Part shown: positions 58,728 to 64,000 of the stretch, in pieces | Layout of the letters: every line of letters begins with the position of its first letter | Numbering within the stretch: the stretch's first letter is position 1 | Assembly (NCBI GenBank): GCA_963818475.1 | Contig: CAWFSF010000006.1 | Coordinates: 1,888,001-1,952,000 of the forward strand | From: Nitrospirota bacterium | GTDB taxonomy: Bacteria; Nitrospirota; UBA9217 | Length of the DNA stretch: 64,000 bases | Direction: 5' to 3' | Notes under the pieces: model-generated | Database searches by the model: none | Told to the model about the DNA's origin: nothing | What the model saw: only the letters and a program-made list of their open reading frames with translations | Made by a program: the position numbers and the translations under genes

Positions 58728-60011
58728 GTGGAGATTAACTTGAACGAGTCAAGTAAAGCAGATTCTGAGAAAAGCGTATTAAGCAGACTGATCGAAATTG
58801 CAGACCATTTCGCGTTGCGCGATAATCTTTGCAGCGAATTGCCATCATATAAGAAAGCCGATACAGAACCTCAAGCTGCCAAAAGACGTGACTTTGCTAA
58901 TTTGCTCGCAAGTATTCAGGCAGAAGAAATTGCTATTTTCCAGAAGTTAGTCGCATTGAAAGACGATGTGGAACGATATTTTACCGCTCACGGATTAAAC
59001 AAAAAAGAAATTGAAATGGTTGCCGCTTTTAAACCGTTTCAGCTTGCTTTGCATTTTATAAAGAAGAACAAAAAAGAACAAAACGGTACCCCACCTAAAG
59101 GAAACTATTACTCGCTTATCTTCAATAACAAACCATCGTTGTCAGCAGACATGACACCTGTGCTGGCCTATGTATCCTTTGCTGGCGATGATGGCGATTT
59201 GTTCCCGGTAGTTGAACTAATTCTAGATTTGATAAAAATATGGGATATGTTCTTGCTAAATCACACGGAAATTGATATCAAAGAGTTTGAAAAAGGAATC
59301 CTGAACGTTAAAAATAAGAATACAGTTCACAGTGCACCACTTCCGAGAGGATTAATGTCAACTGCAGCAAAAGCAGTCAAACGACAACATACAACAACGC
59401 CTGTGAGCGATAAGAGGAAAATCGCACTAGAAAAAGATATTACTGATAGATTAAATACAATTGCTTTCCATTTTGAAGAAAGGGATGCACTTAGCAAAGA
59501 GCTCACTCAATATACTGGCGCTGATTTGAAATCCTCATCGGCGCGCTACGCAAACCTAAAGAGATTACTCACTCGGATAGAGCAACAGGAAGTCGATGCA
59601 TTATATGAGCTTGTTCACTTGCAGGACAATGTTAAAAAGTATCTCGCTGCTATCGGATCAATCTCGGCAGAGATTAAAGCCATTGATGAATTTAGATCGT
59701 TTCGCGTGGCCGCCAATTATGTAAATATACATAAACATGGAATACGAGGAAGAAATGCCAAGTCTGCCAAGCATGATTATACTTATATATTTTATGATCG
59801 AAAAGGCGACAAGAGTTTACCCGATGATCCGATTGACGAAGTGGCAAATGTCATAAACTATGATGGCAGCTTAATTCCTGCTACTGACATCATTTTGCAT
59901 TTAATAATAGCGTGGGAGATGTTCATTAAATATCATACGCAAATTGACTTCGTTACTTTTAATCGAAGAATTGATGCAGTCCGATCAAGACATCAAGGTG
60001 AAGTGATGTAG
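58728..60011 (+). CDS. Cassette: hypothetical protein with an internally duplicated helical domain
   Basis: Two homologous halves of about 200 aa each. Confidence 0.7.
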   Translation: MEINLNESSKADSEKSVLSRLIEIADHFALRDNLCSELPSYKKADTEPQAAKRRDFANLLASIQAEEIAIFQKLVALKDDVERYFTAHGLNKKEIEMVAAFKPFQLALHFIKKNKKEQNGTPPKGNYYSLIFNNKPSLSADMTPVLAYVSFAGDDGDLFPVVELILDLIKIWDMFLLNHTEIDIKEFEKGILNVKNKNTVHSAPLPRGLMSTAAKAVKRQHTTTPVSDKRKIALEKDITDRLNTIAFHFEERDALSKELTQYTGADLKSSSARYANLKRLLTRIEQQEVDALYELVHLQDNVKKYLAAIGSISAEIKAIDEFRSFRVAANYVNIHKHGIRGRNAKSAKHDYTYIFYDRKGDKSLPDDPIDEVANVINYDGSLIPATDIILHLIIAWEMFIKYHTQIDFVTFNRRIDAVRSRHQGEVM

Positions 60012-60099
60012 AGCGCGCCCATCCCGGATGGTTTGACAAGCCATGCCAGGCGGCTTTCCGACGAGAGAAAGAAGCTTGATATATTATAAGAAGTACACG

Positions 60100-60149
60100 T
60101 TATAACCTGTCGTTCGAGCCGCCTATGGCGGCTCAACTCGTCGTTAACC
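60100..60149 (+). repeat. Short attC site
   Basis: TTATAAC CTGTCGTTCGAGCCGCC TAT GGCGGCTCAACTCGTC GTTAACC. Confidence 0.7.
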
Positions 60150-60290
60150 ATTTCAGAGATTAGAGCAATTGAGTGTTCAGTCAACATTAATCCATAGCAA
60201 GGAGGTGATGTGCAATCAATATTGGCAACGTCATTATCTGCTAATCTAGTTCTTGGCGAAAGATAACTTTAACTACTTCAGGAGGAAAAT

Positions 60291-60773
60291 ATGAAGATTT
60301 TTCGGGTTATATTCACGGTGATTTGCTCCTTGTCATTAACGGTAATAGGAAATAATCTTTATGCTGAAGAACAGCAAGACATACCGGCAACAATCCGACA
60401 GCATCTAAGAATGTGCGTTACTAAATTTTACTCTTTACCAGTATCAAAAAGAAATAATTTAGATACTTGTCAAAAAGCACCATTAAACCTTCCAAAACCT
60501 GAAGGCGTAGCAGAAACAGTCATTGACACATGGGATGCCAAACCTATCTTTACAGTAATATTGTCGGACGGTAGATCCCTGACACAAATCGGAGAGAGGC
60601 TTATCGTTATGCCTACGCTACCCAAAGCAGATGAATCGACGAGCAAATCGACTCATGGCAGCGTCACATGTGGGGTAGGCAAGGGGGATATAAATTGGTG
60701 CAAGACTGCAACATACGCTTGCTACTGGCACGGCGATGTATTTGATCACTGCCAAAGAACCGGATATTGGTAA
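60291..60773 (+). CDS. Cassette: secreted hypothetical protein
   Basis: RBS AGGAGG, signal peptide, Cys-rich C-terminus. Confidence 0.7.
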   Translation: MKIFRVIFTVICSLSLTVIGNNLYAEEQQDIPATIRQHLRMCVTKFYSLPVSKRNNLDTCQKAPLNLPKPEGVAETVIDTWDAKPIFTVILSDGRSLTQIGERLIVMPTLPKADESTSKSTHGSVTCGVGKGDINWCKTATYACYWHGDVFDHCQRTGYW

Positions 60774-60888
60774 TACGACAAGAGCCCAACTTCAAATGCT
60801 TGGTCCGACTGGATAAGGCAATGTAGAGGAGTGAGTTTCCTATGTAGCTGCTCGATACCCTAAATAAAGAAAAGATATCTCGTAATTG

Positions 60889-60947
60889 ATTTAACCGGCG
60901 GGTCGAGAGGGGCGGCTGATAATGCGCCTCTCACCCGCGTGTTAATC
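60889..60947 (+). repeat. attC site
   Basis: ATTTAAC CGGCGGGTCGAGAGG...CCTCTCACCCGCGT GTTAATC. Confidence 0.8.
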
Positions 60948-60968
60948 AATTCTCAGACGAGGTGCGCT

Positions 60969-61223
60969 ATGAATCCCATCGAAAAAAAAGTTGTAAAAGT
61001 CATTGGCGTGGTTGGTTGGATTTTAGTAGGTCTCGGCGGTTTATTTACAACATGGCTTCTTATCAGAGGATTTTCCGAAGGTATGAAGGAACCAATGTTG
61101 ATGCTATTTCTCATTACCCTTATATTCTGCAGCGTTGCAGTCGGCATGTTCTTCGTCATTCTTAATATTGTTGTAAAACTGATGATAAGAATTGCCGGGA
61201 ATACTGAAAGAGCAATTTCGTGA
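60969..61223 (+). CDS. Cassette: small membrane protein with two TM helices
   Basis: RBS GAGGTG; two hydrophobic segments. Confidence 0.6.
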   Translation: MNPIEKKVVKVIGVVGWILVGLGGLFTTWLLIRGFSEGMKEPMLMLFLITLIFCSVAVGMFFVILNIVVKLMIRIAGNTERAIS

Positions 61224-61297
61224 GCGTTGAAATGATCGTTGTAAATATATCCGCAAAATGATAATATTTAGACAGGTCAAAGCGAAGGAGGTATTTT

Positions 61298-61519
61298 ATG
61301 CGCGTTAAAGACCTTCCTGAAATATCCAATTTAACCATCCCTGAGAAAATTTTGCTCGTTGAGGACCTATGGGACAGTATTTCCGCGGATGAAACATCCA
61401 TTCCAATACCAGAAAGCCACAAAACAGAACTCGATGCGAGACTCAAGCGATATGAATCTACTCCGGGCGCCCTCCTGTCTCTTGATGACCTTCGAACAAG
61501 AATCGAAAAGAGAAAATGA
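61298..61519 (+). CDS. Addiction-module antitoxin component
   Basis: Motif EKILLVEDLWDSI...ELDARL. Confidence 0.82.
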   Translation: MRVKDLPEISNLTIPEKILLVEDLWDSISADETSIPIPESHKTELDARLKRYESTPGALLSLDDLRTRIEKRK

Positions 61520-61821
61520 CATATCATCTTCGTTTTCTGCCCGAAGTCGAAGATGATGCCGTCAGTGGCCTTTCATGGTATGAAACGAAATCGCCGGGAT
61601 TAGGCGATGAATTTCTTCGAATGTTCTATGCCTGCGCCGGCGATATTCCTCGCAATCCTCTCCTTTATCGAAAAGTGTACGAAGAATTCAGGCGCTGTTT
61701 GATCAGAAGATTCCCCTACGCTATCTACTTCACTATAAAGAATGACCAGATCATCGTAACCGGTCTATTTCATTGTGCACGTGATCCACACCGCGTCGAG
61801 TCGCTGCTATCAGGCCGATAA
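61516..61821 (+). CDS. RelE/ParE family toxin
   Basis: Motif WYETKSPGLGDEF...RRFPYAIYF...FHCARDP; overlaps the antitoxin. Confidence 0.85.
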   Translation: MTYHLRFLPEVEDDAVSGLSWYETKSPGLGDEFLRMFYACAGDIPRNPLLYRKVYEEFRRCLIRRFPYAIYFTIKNDQIIVTGLFHCARDPHRVESLLSGR

Positions 61822-61827
61822 AACTGA

Positions 61828-61886
61828 TTTTAACCAGCGCCTCGACAGCAACGCGCCAAAGGCGGTGCGTCAGCCGCGTGTTATAC
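61828..61886 (+). repeat. attC site
   Basis: TTTTAAC CAGCGCCTCGAC...GTCAGCCGCGT GTTATAC. Confidence 0.75.
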
Positions 61887-62075
61887 AGTGAAAAAGACGT
61901 TCCGATTGCTTGATCTGCAAAATATGCAGATACGATTGGTAAAGAATGGTTCCGCTTCATGGCGTGGCTTTTGATTATCAGCGTACCTGAATGGAATTCT
62001 TCCCGCGTTGAAAGGAATTATCTAAAGGCAAGTAGAAGCTTGACGATAAACAGATCATAAAAAGGAGGTCAGGTT

Positions 62076-63791
62076 ATGCGAAAGTTAATTATCAGTATGG
62101 GAGTTGCAGTATTTTTTGTCATCGCATCGGTTGGTTCTCAGAATAAGGCCTTTGCCGGCAACAACGTATGGACCACGAACGGACCTAATGTTTCGGCAGT
62201 CAAAGCGATAGCTGTATCGCCGAACTATGCTACTGATCGCACGATCTATGCCGGTACATGGGGGGATGGCGTTTTCAGATCGGTCAACGGCGAAGAGACC
62301 TGGACGAACATCGGACTGCCGTTTGAAGGGAACCTTGTCGGCGGGCTTGCGATATCACCGAATTATGCAAGCGATCATACGCTGTATATCGGGACAGTCA
62401 CACATTTATACAAGTTCATCGACAATGGTTCTGGCGGCGGAACCACGACGGAGGTGAACGTGACATTGTGGCCGAGTATTCCCGACATCTATCCCGTTGC
62501 CGTGTCGCCAAATTACGAAAGCGACCGCACCGTATTTGCGGCCGTCATGAACCAGGGGATGTACAAGATAAGTGATCTGTTGAGCGGCCCGACGGCAACA
62601 CTGATCACATCGTTTCCCACCTATTTCACGTCGTTCGTCGTATCGCCGAATTACGCCGCTGACCATACGCTCTTCGCCGGGACCCCGGGCAACGGGCTCT
62701 ATAAAGTGGTTGAGAACCCCTCAGGCGCCGCGACCCGCACCCTGGCAAACGCCATCTTTACTGATCTCCAGGTAAGCGCCGTGGGCATATCTCCGAGTTA
62801 TGCTGCCGACCAGACCGTATTTGCCGGAACGATCTACGGCGTGATCGTAACAAACAATAATTTCGCGACCGTCTGGCCCACGAGCTGGGCATACGGTTCC
62901 ACGTATAACATTCTATCCATCGCCGTTTCTCCTAACTACGCTGCTGACCGCACAGTATTCGCAGGAACAGCCGGCAAGGGTGTGATCAAATCAACCGACG
63001 GCGGGGCGACTTGGACCCAGGTAAATGTCGGATTCTCGCCCGTGAGCGAGACTTACTTTGTCGATGCCGTTGCCGTGGTTCCAAATTACAGCACTGACCC
63101 CACTATTTTCTCCGAAAAGGATTATAACGTATGGAGCTATTCATTCGCTCCGCTGACGCTCAGTTCGACGATAACAGCACCCCGGAACGGCGCCACCCTC
63201 AGGGGCATCACTTCTGCGATCACGGGTACGGCATCGGGAGGCCCATCCGGCCTGAGCAAGGTCGAAGTATCGATCAATGCAGGAGCCTGGCAAACAACCA
63301 CCGGTACGACATCCTGGAGCTATCCCTGGACATTGCCGAGCGACGGGATTTATTCTCTGCAGTCACGTGCGACAAACACGCAAGGCAACCAAGAGGTGCC
63401 GGGAGTCGGGATCAGAGTGGTGGTAGACAACACGAGACCGGCATCGGCAATTGCAGGCGTTAAATGGAAAAAAATTGATAATAAATGGTTCATTACCGTA
63501 TACGGCACTGCTGCAGACGGTATCGGATCGGGCGTGTCGCGCGTGGAGGTCGGATTCTCCACTGCCCAAATCGGCGGGTTGACCCTGCCCGGCCGCTTAG
63601 TCATACCCCGTGGAACTATAGGTACAGTATGGAAGCCTGCCAACGGGACAAACAAGTGGAGCTATACGTTCAGCGTGCCGTCAACATGGACTAAGTATCA
63701 TGGAAAGAAATTCAAGATACAGAGTCGCGCAAAGGACAGGGCCGGAAATCTCGAAGTGCCAGGCCCAGGTATTAGCGCAACCATCCCTTGA
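62076..63791 (+). CDS. Secreted beta-propeller (BNR-like repeats) protein with Ig-like domains
   Basis: Signal peptide; about 7 xSPxYxxDxTxxxG repeats; STDGGATW Asp-box; two Ig-like modules. Confidence 0.8.
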   Translation: MRKLIISMGVAVFFVIASVGSQNKAFAGNNVWTTNGPNVSAVKAIAVSPNYATDRTIYAGTWGDGVFRSVNGEETWTNIGLPFEGNLVGGLAISPNYASDHTLYIGTVTHLYKFIDNGSGGGTTTEVNVTLWPSIPDIYPVAVSPNYESDRTVFAAVMNQGMYKISDLLSGPTATLITSFPTYFTSFVVSPNYAADHTLFAGTPGNGLYKVVENPSGAATRTLANAIFTDLQVSAVGISPSYAADQTVFAGTIYGVIVTNNNFATVWPTSWAYGSTYNILSIAVSPNYAADRTVFAGTAGKGVIKSTDGGATWTQVNVGFSPVSETYFVDAVAVVPNYSTDPTIFSEKDYNVWSYSFAPLTLSSTITAPRNGATLRGITSAITGTASGGPSGLSKVEVSINAGAWQTTTGTTSWSYPWTLPSDGIYSLQSRATNTQGNQEVPGVGIRVVVDNTRPASAIAGVKWKKIDNKWFITVYGTAADGIGSGVSRVEVGFSTAQIGGLTLPGRLVIPRGTIGTVWKPANGTNKWSYTFSVPSTWTKYHGKKFKIQSRAKDRAGNLEVPGPGISATIP

Positions 63792-63913
63792 TAGGGGGAA
63801 CACAGAATAGGCCCAAGCATTTCGAGGACAAGGACAATATATACAATACAAGAGGTGCGCTTCCTCATAACATAGATGCCCTCTTGGAATATACAAAGCC
63901 GAAACAAAAATGA

Positions 63914-63972
63914 TCCAAACCAGCCGGTCGAGTCCCGCGCTGATAGGCGCGGGGCCCACCGGCGCGTTCTTG
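63914..63972 (+). repeat. attC-like site
   Basis: TCCAAAC CAGCCGGTCGAGTCCCGCGC...GCGCGGGGCCCACCGGCGC GTTCTTG. Confidence 0.65.
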
Positions 63973-64000
63973 CGGCAGCCAAAGCCTTTCGCCTTTCTTT

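Larger units (their letters stand above)
52855..63972 (+). mobile_element. Integron gene-cassette array with no integrase in the window (CALIN-like)
   Basis: Eleven AAC...GTT imperfect palindromes, each just after a co-oriented ORF; heterogeneous base composition. Confidence 0.85.

Noticed and set aside
60009-60011. Pyrrolysine readthrough of the TAG
   Set aside because: No pyl context. A point mutation or sequencing error is more parsimonious.

Overview
A GC-rich bacterial chromosomal window, inferred from gene content to be Nitrospirota- or Desulfobacterota-like. Many conserved genes carry single-base frameshifts, most likely uncorrected long-read errors. The left 52 kb is mostly on the minus strand: trpE-G-D-C, a probable 6S RNA, an orphan type IIA topoisomerase B subunit, and a chemotaxis/sensor block with an orphan cI/cro-like switch. 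Next come trxC and an operon encoding a DsbA-like selenoprotein (UxxC), a diheme peroxidase and FdhE. These are followed by a satellite attC/BrnTA cassette patch, a glucosylglycerate (compatible solute) cluster, a defence island (type IIG R-M plus a nuclease-NACHT protein) and a glgE-treS-glgB-treZ-GH57-treY cluster. From about 52.75 kb to the end, on the plus strand, lies an integron-like cassette array with 11 attC-like sites and an attI-like leader, but no integrase in the window. It includes an apparently gene-less structured cassette. The intergenic spaces hold a family of palindromic elements with 9-bp-periodic arms, some nested, some bounded by terminal inverted repeats, and some flanking single genes as direct copies.
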